Virus record (IMG/VR): IMGVR_UViG_3300025011_000002
DNA length: 43,010 nt
From: a virus
Taxonomy: Duplodnaviria > Heunggongvirae > Uroviricota > Caudoviricetes
Strand: one strand, 5' to 3'
Shown: one piece after another, positions 35,103 to 43,010 of the stretch
Layout of the letters: every line of letters starts with the position of its first letter
Numbering within the stretch: position 1 is the first letter of the stretch
Made by a program: the position numbers and the translations under genes
The notes under the pieces: model-generated
Told to the model about the DNA's origin: nothing
Database searches by the model: none
The model's input: the letters and a program-made list of their open reading frames with translations, nothing else

Positions 35103-35495
35103 TTACCATAATTTAATAAACTCTATTTTTCTTTTATCATATTTTTGAGATGTTTTATCAAAAATTTCTTTATGCACTTTCATATATTCTAATGTTTCTT
35201 CTATTATTAATTTTATACCTTCTACTGGAGATTCCGTTAATAATTCAATAGTATTATGACCATTAAATGAAATAACTTCTTTATTTTTATATATTATTTT
35301 TACTTCCCAAAATTTATTAGTATTATAATAACCATCGGTATAATATTTTATAGTAATATCATCTGAAATATCAAAGTAATCAAAATTATTAGCACTTTGA
35401 TTATTTTTTTTATAAAAACATAAATTATTTTTAATCATTAATATACTTTTTTTAAATTTTTCAAATTTACTTTCAAGTATAGCTTTTTTAAACAT
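35103..35495 (-). CDS. Hypothetical protein
   Basis: Intact co-oriented ORF. Confidence 0.6.
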   Translation of the reverse strand: MFKKAILESKFEKFKKSILMIKNNLCFYKKNNQSANNFDYFDISDDITIKYYTDGYYNTNKFWEVKIIYKNKEVISFNGHNTIELLTESPVEGIKLIIEETLEYMKVHKEIFDKTSQKYDKRKIEFIKLW

Positions 35496-35497
35496 AA

Positions 35498-35734
35498 TTA
35501 TTTATCCTCAATATCTACTACAACTTGAGATATAATTATTTCATGATTATCTGTATCTATTCTTATTTTTTCTTTTATACATTCTTCTATTATTTTATTC
35601 ATAGATACACATCTTCTTTGTGATTCTTCTCTTATATAAAGAACACATTCTTTAGGAAGACATAATTTTAAAGGTACTAAATTTCTTTCTTTATATCTTC
35701 TTCTTTGTCTTTTTGTTTTTTTCCAAGATTTCAT
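35498..35734 (-). CDS. Ribbon-helix-helix (Arc-like) DNA-binding protein
   Basis: LKLCLPKECVLYIREESQRRCVSMNKIIEECIKEK parallels Arc FNLRWPREVLDLVRKVAEENGRSVNSEI. Confidence 0.55.
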   Translation of the reverse strand: MKSWKKTKRQRRRYKERNLVPLKLCLPKECVLYIREESQRRCVSMNKIIEECIKEKIRIDTDNHEIIISQVVVDIEDK

Positions 35735-35970
35735 TAAAATTTCATCCTTTTTTCTTTTAATTCATCTAAAGTAAGATATTTTCCATTTTTATCTCGTAAT
35801 ACACATTTAAATGTTCCATCTATATAATGTCTTGTATCTACTCTTAATTCAAGATATTTAGTATCAAATGACCACATTGAGTTTTTATCTTTAAGAATTT
35901 CAAAGACTTTTCTTATATCAACCCATTCTATATTTTGATTTGGAGGTTGATTTAATTTTTGTTCTGACAT
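35734..35970 (-). CDS. Hypothetical protein
   Basis: Intact, translationally coupled ORF. Confidence 0.6.
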   Translation of the reverse strand: MSEQKLNQPPNQNIEWVDIRKVFEILKDKNSMWSFDTKYLELRVDTRHYIDGTFKCVLRDKNGKYLTLDELKEKRMKF

Positions 35971-35974
35971 ATTA

Positions 35975-36163
35975 TTAATCCTTTAAAAAATATTCTTTAA
36001 TTTCATATTTATAATTCATATATTCTGGATAAATATTTAATCTTTCCACACAATTTTCAGCACCTTTTTTAGTAAAATATACCCCTTTTAAACCATGATT
36101 ACTTGGCAACATCTTGCCATTTTTATAAACAATAAAAATACTTTTATACATTTTGTTCCTCAA
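35975..36163 (-). CDS. Hypothetical protein
   Basis: Intact co-oriented ORF. Confidence 0.55.
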   Translation of the reverse strand: MRNKMYKSIFIVYKNGKMLPSNHGLKGVYFTKKGAENCVERLNIYPEYMNYKYEIKEYFLKD

Positions 36164-36395
36164 CTGAATATAATGTTTTATTTTTTACTTCTTCTATATA
36201 TTCATCACTATTCATTGTTTTTACTGGAACTAATTTATAAAGAATAACTTGCATTTTTTTATCTCTATCATTTTTTATTAAATTAGTCATAGGGGCTTGC
36301 GCTCTAAGGATAGCTTTTCTTGATTGATAATATGGAGTATTATATTTCCATCCTAAAACAAACAATTCATCATTTATTTGATTAGATTTTGTCAT
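36144..36395 (-). CDS. Hypothetical protein
   Basis: Intact ORF with AAGGAG RBS. Confidence 0.6.
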   Translation of the reverse strand: MTKSNQINDELFVLGWKYNTPYYQSRKAILRAQAPMTNLIKNDRDKKMQVILYKLVPVKTMNSDEYIEEVKNKTLYSVEEQNV

Positions 36396-36411
36396 TATTA
36401 TTCTCCTTTTA

Positions 36412-36633
36412 TTAATTTAAATGTGCTTTAAACCAGTATTTATTTATATCAGATTCTTCTTTTATAATTACTCCTGATTTTGTAGAAGTGCTAAAATCTT
36501 TATATGTTATTGGAATAAGATTTATTTTATCTCTATCTGTAAAAACTTTTACGGCAGATAAACATTCTCTTTTTATTTTCCAAACCCAATAAAAATTTGA
36601 ATCACATTTAAAATATAAATATTTATTCATCAA
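36412..36633 (-). CDS. Hypothetical protein
   Basis: Intact co-oriented ORF. Confidence 0.55.
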   Translation of the reverse strand: MMNKYLYFKCDSNFYWVWKIKRECLSAVKVFTDRDKINLIPITYKDFSTSTKSGVIIKEESDINKYWFKAHLN

Positions 36634-37387
36634 TATTCACCACTAAATCTCTATTAAATCCAGTATTATTCTCGTGTGGGTAGCCTAATGGGTTGCATAA
36701 ATAGCGAGTTTTATCGTCAATAAAATCATGAAATGTATGGCTATGTCCACTAGCCCAAATAATAGGTTTATTATTACAGTCTGCTATTTCTCCTCTTAAT
36801 TCTGTTCCATAAGCAGAATCAAGAAAGTTATTGCTGTTTAAAAATGGCTTATGATGCGTAATAACAACGCAAGGCTCTTTAGATTCATTAAGAGTTTTAA
36901 ATATATATTCTTTTGCAATCTTATGTAAGGTTGTAGAATATTCTGGTGTAAATTTTAAAGCTCCATTTTTATATCTTATAAGCCTAAAATCATTCATACT
37001 ACTTCCTGCATCATACATATCAATAGGGCTTCTATTATTTAAAGAAGTCCATAAAGTTGAACCAATAAATCTTATTCCATTAATGATAACAGAATTATTA
37101 TTTAGATAATGAAAATTTTTATGTACCGCTTCAATTCCTGAAAAGAATATATCTGCTTTTTCAATATATGAATGATAAAACGTATGATTGCCATTTATAT
37201 AAATAATATCTGTATTAGGATATTTTTCTGCAAGTTTAATAATAAAATTAAAACAGTTTTTTAATTCTGCTAAATCTCCTGCAATACAATAAACATCAAC
37301 ATCTTTTAAATTAGGTATATACCCATGTCCAAAATCAATATGGAGGTCTGATTCAAATTTTATCTTCATAACCAAGATATTACCCAT
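36623..37387 (-). CDS. Calcineurin-like metallophosphoesterase
   Basis: SDLH, AGDL, GNH, THH and GHSH motifs. Confidence 0.9.
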   Translation of the reverse strand: MGNILVMKIKFESDLHIDFGHGYIPNLKDVDVYCIAGDLAELKNCFNFIIKLAEKYPNTDIIYINGNHTFYHSYIEKADIFFSGIEAVHKNFHYLNNNSVIINGIRFIGSTLWTSLNNRSPIDMYDAGSSMNDFRLIRYKNGALKFTPEYSTTLHKIAKEYIFKTLNESKEPCVVITHHKPFLNSNNFLDSAYGTELRGEIADCNNKPIIWASGHSHTFHDFIDDKTRYLCNPLGYPHENNTGFNRDLVVNIDE

Positions 37388-37608
37388 CCAAAATTAGTAC
37401 CCCAAGAATCAGATTCAGAATCTAAATCTACTCTTCTATTTACTTTATAACCAGCATTTTTTAATGCCTCTTGGTCTGAATAGTCTAAATTATAATATGT
37501 TGTTGAATAATCTCCAGATAAACATTTTTTTCTAATATCTTCTAATATTTCTTCTCTTATAACACAAGTTCTTGATTTAGTAAGTTCTTTAGCTTCTGTA
37601 GCAAACAT
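37366..37608 (-). CDS. Hypothetical protein
   Basis: Intact ORF behind a TTGACA/TATAAT promoter. Confidence 0.65.
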   Translation of the reverse strand: MFATEAKELTKSRTCVIREEILEDIRKKCLSGDYSTTYYNLDYSDQEALKNAGYKVNRRVDLDSESDSWGTNFGWVISWL

Positions 37609-37676
37609 TTATTTAATCCTCATTAATTCTTATATTTATATTATAGCATAGTTTTAAAAGATGTCAATATATAAAA

Positions 37677-37701
37677 AAATCCCGATTATTAATCGGGATT
37701 T
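37677..37701 (-). terminator. Intrinsic terminator
   Basis: aaatcccgatt..aatcgggattt hairpin with T-tract on the minus strand. Confidence 0.75.
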
Positions 37702-37757
37702 CAAAATATACTCTGGACATATATTAATTAATATAATAACATCTTTTAAAATAAAAG

Positions 37758-38048
37758 TCAAGATGTTTTTCTTTTTCTATTTCTATGCCTTGGTCTTGGA
37801 TTAGAAATATTACTTGTAGGGTCAGGTTTTGCAGCACTTTCTAATATGGTATTATATTCTTCCATAAATGCTTCTTCTATTCCTCTAATAAAACTTAACG
37901 ATATGCTAAGAGTTTCTTGTTTGCCATTTTGTTTAGCAAACTGAATAGGAATATCTTCGCTATCAATCATCATCTGATTATCTTCAAGCATAGTTTCTAA
38001 GGCTTCTATTGTTGCTTTAATCGCTTCAAAAGTATTAGGAAAACTCAT
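37758..38048 (-). CDS. Hypothetical protein
   Basis: Intact ORF; basic C-terminal tail. Confidence 0.6.
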   Translation of the reverse strand: MSFPNTFEAIKATIEALETMLEDNQMMIDSEDIPIQFAKQNGKQETLSISLSFIRGIEEAFMEEYNTILESAAKPDPTSNISNPRPRHRNRKRKTS

Positions 38049-38050
38049 AA

Positions 38051-38707
38051 TTATTCTACCTCGCTTAAATATTCAAATTTCCAACCTTTATGTCGTATTT
38101 GTTTTTTATTAAGACATCTCCAAATACCAGCATAATCTAATTCATGTTCTTTGGCAAAACCTAATTGCGTATTACTTGTAAACTCTATACTATTTGGAGA
38201 TATGGCTTTAAAGGTTCTTTGATTGTATTGTGGATTTCTGTTGTTTGTTTGTTCTTTTCTTGTAGCCCATCTACAATTATCTAAACAATAGTTGCCATTA
38301 TTATTAATTCTATCTATAGTGGTATTTTTTTCAGTAAACAATTTTGAATGTTCTAAATATTCTTCATACATATCATCTCTGAAATTTTCAAATTTTAACC
38401 ATCTGTCGCAAACTTTTATTCCACGACCACCATAATTAGGATATGCTTTATTTTTTAATCTTAAGCATCTATCTTTCATATTAGCCCAAATTCTATAAAA
38501 TCTAATATTCTTCATACCATGGATTAGTCCATTTGGGCTATCTTTTGAAATACAACCACAAGATTTAGTATTTTTAGAGTTTAAATTACTACCAGAAACA
38601 TATACTATGTTTTCACAATCACATTGACATTTAAAAACAATATTACCACTTTTATTTCTATAAGCTATTTCTAATGGAGTTAATCTTTTAAATTTTTTGC
38701 CTATCAT
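38051..38707 (-). CDS. HNH homing endonuclease
   Basis: CQCDC..SCGC, YGGRGIKVCDRW, TIDRINNNGNYCLDNCRWAT. Confidence 0.85.
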   Translation of the reverse strand: MIGKKFKRLTPLEIAYRNKSGNIVFKCQCDCENIVYVSGSNLNSKNTKSCGCISKDSPNGLIHGMKNIRFYRIWANMKDRCLRLKNKAYPNYGGRGIKVCDRWLKFENFRDDMYEEYLEHSKLFTEKNTTIDRINNNGNYCLDNCRWATRKEQTNNRNPQYNQRTFKAISPNSIEFTSNTQLGFAKEHELDYAGIWRCLNKKQIRHKGWKFEYLSEVE

Positions 38708-39984
38708 TAAATAATAACCTTAAATATAGTTTTACTTTTTTTCATCTTATCGAGACCCCTGATGTCATAAGCCTCTAATTCACGAACGATTTGATAACCT
38801 TCACAATCAGATGGAACATTTTGTAAATCTACTTTTATGCCATCTCTATTTTTAATAGAATCTATAACAATTAGATTTTGTGAAGCTCTACCATTTAGAT
38901 GTAACCCATTATAAGCATAATTATCAGTACCACATAATGATGAACATCTTGAGAATAAGTCAGATAGATAAGCCATATGAATATGTCCAGATAAAACATA
39001 ATCTATACTTATTCCATCATGTAAATATTTCATAAGAATTTTAGATAAACTATCAACAACATCTCTACCTGTCATTTGATGACCATGAATAAGTAATATA
39101 TTTTGACCTAAAATATTAATTACTTGTTCTAAAGGACTTGTAGATAAATGTATTTTAATTCCTTCTGAATTTAAAAATCTATGGTATAACATAGCTAATA
39201 GTGTATAATCGTAAGAATCAGAAGAAACAATATCCGAATATCCTATTTGCTCTGTTAATCTTGATTCATTACCACAAACGCCAAAGAAGTCTATATTAAA
39301 ATCTGTATTTAAATCTAATAAGAATTGACTTACAATATGACATGCTAATACTGTTGCTTTTGCTCTATTTGTAGCATTATTTAATTGTTTGTCTAAAATA
39401 TCATCTTTGTTTAATAAATCTCCTGTAGAACAAACAATAACTTTAGTAATTCCATTAGCTTTAAAGTATTCTTTAGCCTTATAAGCTAAATATTGTAATC
39501 TTTTACTTGCTATTTCAAAATCAAACTTATTAGACCTTAAATTTATAAGATTGTTAAAATGTGCATCAGATATATGAACTATTCCAACCTTATCAAAACT
39601 AGGTATAGTAGTATGTTTTATAGTAAAACTATTTAGATTATGTGCTTTAATTTCATTTATAAGCTCTTCATTAAATTCTTTTATAGCATTATAAATTCTT
39701 GTTTGTTCTCTAAAGCTTTTTCTTTCAACCCTATTTCTGTCTTGAAAATATTGCTTTTGTCTGGCTAACTTTACATTTTCTTCAACAATTTCATCATCAG
39801 GACTTCCAACAAGTTCTATTTTAAATTCTTTTTGCCACTCTCTAATTTGAGTTGTTGTAATATTTTCTGTCCATGACATTTCCGCAGATAGATGAACTTT
39901 ATGCCTTAGTTCATTAATACAATTGTCTCTTGATGGGAAATTATTAGCCATCCACCACTCTCTAAACTGATTCTTTAAATCCAT
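38707..39984 (-). CDS. Calcineurin-like metallophosphoesterase with N-terminal extension
   Basis: SDAH, TGDL, GNE, IHGH and GHIH motifs. Confidence 0.8.
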   Translation of the reverse strand: MDLKNQFREWWMANNFPSRDNCINELRHKVHLSAEMSWTENITTTQIREWQKEFKIELVGSPDDEIVEENVKLARQKQYFQDRNRVERKSFREQTRIYNAIKEFNEELINEIKAHNLNSFTIKHTTIPSFDKVGIVHISDAHFNNLINLRSNKFDFEIASKRLQYLAYKAKEYFKANGITKVIVCSTGDLLNKDDILDKQLNNATNRAKATVLACHIVSQFLLDLNTDFNIDFFGVCGNESRLTEQIGYSDIVSSDSYDYTLLAMLYHRFLNSEGIKIHLSTSPLEQVINILGQNILLIHGHQMTGRDVVDSLSKILMKYLHDGISIDYVLSGHIHMAYLSDLFSRCSSLCGTDNYAYNGLHLNGRASQNLIVIDSIKNRDGIKVDLQNVPSDCEGYQIVRELEAYDIRGLDKMKKSKTIFKVII

Positions 39985-39987
39985 CTT

Positions 39988-40221
39988 TTAAACCTCTGTC
40001 TTTTCTTCAAACATATCTACTGGACATTCCCAAACAGGGGTAACTATGTCATATTTAACACAGTTCTCATAAACTGCATTAGCTATTGGACAGTTATTCT
40101 CTCTATTTTCTAAATCTAATTTTTTACAACCATAACATAGGCAATTCTCTCTATGCTTACCTTTATTATTAGATTTTACGATGACATCTTTCCCATGATG
40201 GTCATAAACTTCAAAACTCAT
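39988..40221 (-). CDS. Small Cys-rich hypothetical protein
   Basis: CLCYGC..NCP..C..VWECP. Confidence 0.6.
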   Translation of the reverse strand: MSFEVYDHHGKDVIVKSNNKGKHRENCLCYGCKKLDLENRENNCPIANAVYENCVKYDIVTPVWECPVDMFEEKTEV

Positions 40222-40222
40222 T

Positions 40223-40711
40223 TTAAACCTCTTCTTTAATATTATTAATAGAATGCAATGTTGTTATACCTAAAGAGTTCCACATTTTTATATTTTTAAT
40301 TTCATCGTCTACAGCTAATTTTATATCAAATCTACCTTTTATTGAAGAAGTATATATGTCTTTTTTTACCTTATCTGAATCTTCATAATTATCAAAAGGT
40401 CTCATAAATAAATGATATAAATCATTTAATTGATAATCAGGCACTCTCCAAATTTTATCAAGCATATTTCTTGTTAAATTAAGTCCATTATCTGTAGCTT
40501 CTCTTGCGGTTACAAATAATATTTTATACCCTTGTTTAGAATAATTTTCTATTAATTCTAAACACCAAGTATTAAATTTATAATTAATATAAAATTTTTC
40601 AAAATTACCCCATTCTTCTCTACTTGTTTTGTCTTTAGGATAAATATAGTGGGCATTATCTACTAAACACCCATCTATATCTATTATTACCGCTTTAGGA
40701 ATATATCTCAT
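40223..40711 (-). CDS. HAD-family phosphatase (polynucleotide 3'-phosphatase-like)
   Basis: IIDIDGCL (DxD), FVTAR, K, AVDD motifs as in the T4 PNKP phosphatase domain. Confidence 0.8.
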   Translation of the reverse strand: MRYIPKAVIIDIDGCLVDNAHYIYPKDKTSREEWGNFEKFYINYKFNTWCLELIENYSKQGYKILFVTAREATDNGLNLTRNMLDKIWRVPDYQLNDLYHLFMRPFDNYEDSDKVKKDIYTSSIKGRFDIKLAVDDEIKNIKMWNSLGITTLHSINNIKEEV

Positions 40712-40723
40712 ATATCCTACCTA

Positions 40724-41002
40724 CTATCTCTTAGGAAGTAATGAATTTACATTATCTAATAAAAGTCTTGCATGATGTAAAGCATCTGAAATATCTTCAA
40801 TTTTTGCCTTTGCTTTATCAATATTTTTATCAAGTGCTTTTTGTAATTTATCAATCTTTTTATCAAAGTCTGAATGAAGTTTATCAATTTTACTTCCAAG
40901 AGTATCCATTTCTTTAATTGCTTCATCTACGCCTATTGATAAGATTTGTGATGCAAGCGAAATAATACTATTAATAATGCTTAGAATTTTTACTAATTTC
41001 AT
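40724..41002 (-). CDS. Helical hypothetical protein
   Basis: Repeating IDK units (KIDKLHSDFDKKIDKLQKALDKNIDKAK), coiled-coil-like. Confidence 0.55.
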   Translation of the reverse strand: MKLVKILSIINSIISLASQILSIGVDEAIKEMDTLGSKIDKLHSDFDKKIDKLQKALDKNIDKAKAKIEDISDALHHARLLLDNVNSLLPKR

Positions 41003-41181
41003 AAAATACCTCTTTCTTCTAATCTTTCTTTCAACTCTATAAGAACTACATTTTGTAATACTGACATTTGAAAAGCTTTATTTAAAAGTTTATTTAAATC
41101 ATCATCTTTTAAATCATTTTTAACTTTTTGACAATATTCAAAGACTCTATCACCTAATTTTTTTAATTCATTAAATTCCAT
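40999..41181 (-). CDS. Hypothetical protein
   Basis: Intact ORF with GGAG RBS behind a promoter. Confidence 0.6.
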   Translation of the reverse strand: MEFNELKKLGDRVFEYCQKVKNDLKDDDLNKLLNKAFQMSVLQNVVLIELKERLEERGIL

Positions 41182-41248
41182 TTGACTCTCCAGACTTAAT
41201 ATAAATATTATAACATATTATAAAAATAAATACAAGTGTTATTTTTTA

Positions 41249-41728
41249 TCAAATATATTTAAAATTCCAACCTTTTTCATATTCTTTATTAACTTTAATG
41301 CGTGACCTAATATATTCTCTGTTTAATCCTTGTTCTTTTGCAAAGATACTCATATTATTGCTAATAAATTCTTTACCTTCTGGATTTATAGCCTTAAAAG
41401 TTCTTTGACTTTTTAAAATTCCTCTATTATTTGATTGTTCTTTTCTTGTAGCCCACTTACAATTTTCTAAACAATAATCTCCGTTTACATCTATTCTATC
41501 TATTGTAGTATTTTTTTCTGTAAATAATTTTGAGTGTTCTAAATAACTCTCATACATATCATCTTTAAAGTTTTCAAAAGATTCTAGCCATCTCTCACAT
41601 ATTTTTATTCCTCTTCCTCCATAATGATTAAAATAATGATAATTCTTATTTAAACATCTATCTTTCATGCTATAATATATACTATAAAATCTAGTATATC
41701 TCATTCCATGTGTTTTTAAACTACTCAT
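41249..41728 (-). CDS. HNH homing endonuclease (paralog of 38051-38707)
   Basis: YGGRGIKICERW, TIDRIDVNGDYCLENCKWAT; YLEHSKLFTEKNTTIDRI identical to the paralog. Confidence 0.85.
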   Translation of the reverse strand: MSSLKTHGMRYTRFYSIYYSMKDRCLNKNYHYFNHYGGRGIKICERWLESFENFKDDMYESYLEHSKLFTEKNTTIDRIDVNGDYCLENCKWATRKEQSNNRGILKSQRTFKAINPEGKEFISNNMSIFAKEQGLNREYIRSRIKVNKEYEKGWNFKYI

Positions 41729-42036
41729 TTTATTTTATTAAATCCTTTTTTAAAAATATTAACTAAAATATATAAATAACTTTCTTCTGTATGATTAGAG
41801 TTCTTAAACCATTGCTCATAAGCCATATTTAGAATTGAATCTATAACTAATTGATAATGTGGATGTTCTGAAAATATAGTAAAGAATGTTTTATTATAGT
41901 GAACGGCAGGAGTACCATTTTGATAACCTACTTTTACATTTAAAACATCTGCTAATTTATCCATATCTGTAACTATAGACTTAAAATAATCTACTTTTTC
42001 TTTAACAGACATTTTTGTAACATCTTCTAAAATCAT
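41725..42036 (-). CDS. Hypothetical protein
   Basis: Intact, coupled ORF. Confidence 0.6.
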   Translation of the reverse strand: MILEDVTKMSVKEKVDYFKSIVTDMDKLADVLNVKVGYQNGTPAVHYNKTFFTIFSEHPHYQLVIDSILNMAYEQWFKNSNHTEESYLYILVNIFKKGFNKIK

Positions 42037-42230
42037 TCTATTATTTCACTTTCTAATATGTTTACTTTACCATCTATTATTTTGTATTTAATTTTACAAC
42101 CTTTATCTACACCATTTGATGAAGAATCTATAGCTATTTGTACAGGATTAATATTTTCCCAAGCTTTTTTTATTGCTTTTTCGTCTAATGTAGAAATATA
42201 TAAATCTTTTAAACAATTATTATCCTGCAT
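42033..42230 (-). CDS. Hypothetical protein
   Basis: Intact, coupled ORF. Confidence 0.55.
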   Translation of the reverse strand: MQDNNCLKDLYISTLDEKAIKKAWENINPVQIAIDSSSNGVDKGCKIKYKIIDGKVNILESEIIE

Positions 42231-42814
42231 TATAATTCTATAATCCTTTTAATATCATCTTTTATATCTAATCCACTTAATTCTTGTCCAATAGTAATCC
42301 AACCATTTCTAGGTTGTCTTGCAAATAATTCAATTCTTGGTAAATCTCCAAATAATTCAACTATTTTATCTGCAATAATATCTGGTTTTTTTGAATGATA
42401 CTCTAAAGGACTTTCTACAATAGAAGAAATGTAATTACTTATAGGCTTCATTTTCCCTTTAATACCTAATATACAAAGTTCTGAACCTGATTTTGTATAG
42501 TATCCTGTTCCAAAATGTGTTTTACCATTTTTATATTCTTTCTTCCAATTAAAGGCTATATTTGGTATTTTAAATCCCCAATGTTTTAATAATGACAATT
42601 TATCTATTATATCAGAATCAGATGTCATAGATGTTGTAATCCACATGAATATAGCACAATTATCATCTGCTAAATCTTGTATTGGTAAATTCTTAATATC
42701 TTCTATTTTCATAGGAGGATATTTATCTGTTATTCCACCACCAAATTTAGTTTTTAGATTATTTCTTTTTGGAAAATACCAAGCAGGGTCTAAATAAATT
42801 ATATTAAATTTCAT
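42230..42814 (-). CDS. MT-A70-family adenine methyltransferase
   Basis: Start re-set to ATG 42814 (GAGGT RBS); IIYLDPAW (DPPW-like), SELC, HSKKP and RIELFAR are MT-A70 motifs. Confidence 0.85.
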   Translation of the reverse strand: MKFNIIYLDPAWYFPKRNNLKTKFGGGITDKYPPMKIEDIKNLPIQDLADDNCAIFMWITTSMTSDSDIIDKLSLLKHWGFKIPNIAFNWKKEYKNGKTHFGTGYYTKSGSELCILGIKGKMKPISNYISSIVESPLEYHSKKPDIIADKIVELFGDLPRIELFARQPRNGWITIGQELSGLDIKDDIKRIIEL

Positions 42815-43010
42815 TATTAACCTCAATATGCTTCCAAGTTCTTCCTCTAAAAATATCTCCAATTGTTTTTTCATTAACTTTATATATTTTAGCTATTTTT
42901 CTATTGGTAAAATTATTTTTAATATTTTTTATTTCAATAACTTGTCTTTCGGTTAATTTTGAATTAGTGGTATTTTCTCCATATTTAATTGGTTTTAAAC
43001 CAGAATCATA

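Noticed and set aside
134-42243. Many plus-strand track ORFs antisense to longer genes (for example 134-481, 785-1045, 4183-4389, 18192-18401, 19389-19625, 20340-20609, 27402-27674) and minus-strand 4756-5019 and 30563-30781
   Set aside because: Composition typical of reverse-complement shadows (Phe/Leu/Ser/Ile-rich), fully overlapping better-supported genes.
1-43010. Stop-codon reassignment (TAG/TGA recoding)
   Set aside because: Conserved genes (TerL, portal, ClpP, E1, phosphoesterases) are full-length in the standard code, and TAG/TGA act as genuine stops, including in ATGA overlaps.
1-43010. CRISPR array
   Set aside because: No regularly spaced 23-47-nt direct repeats with unique spacers seen; the repeats found are short promoter/leader motifs or isolated pairs.

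Overview
43-kb segment of a very AT-rich tailed-phage genome (Caudoviricetes-like), read in standard genetic code with mostly minus-strand genes. From left to right: (i) a head/packaging module (partial decoration-like gene, scaffold, ClpP-type prohead protease, portal, large terminase); (ii) a divergent operon with two HU/IHF-like genes and an HNH gene; (iii) a compact, circularly permuted tmRNA gene encoding the tag (A)GKNVVCLDFSQNVAIAA; (iv) an HNH gene and an M15 peptidase; (v) a non-coding block at about 9-9.8 kb, followed by small early-type genes with their own sigma70-like promoters; (vi) a three-gene ubiquitin-like conjugation locus at 17.96-21.59 kb (JAB/MPN metalloprotease, ubiquitin-like protein ending in Gly, and a 687-aa E1/ThiF enzyme with a probable N-terminal E2-like domain); (vii) a promoter-driven structured RNA of about 160 nt; (viii) many small accessory genes, including a tyrosine recombinase, HNH/AP2 endonucleases, two metallophosphoesterases, a HAD phosphatase and an MT-A70 methyltransferase. 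The strongest leads are the phage-encoded JAB-Ubl-E2/E1 system, the permuted minimal tmRNA and the unexplained structured RNA. All family calls come from motif recognition by eye; no database search or folding program was run.
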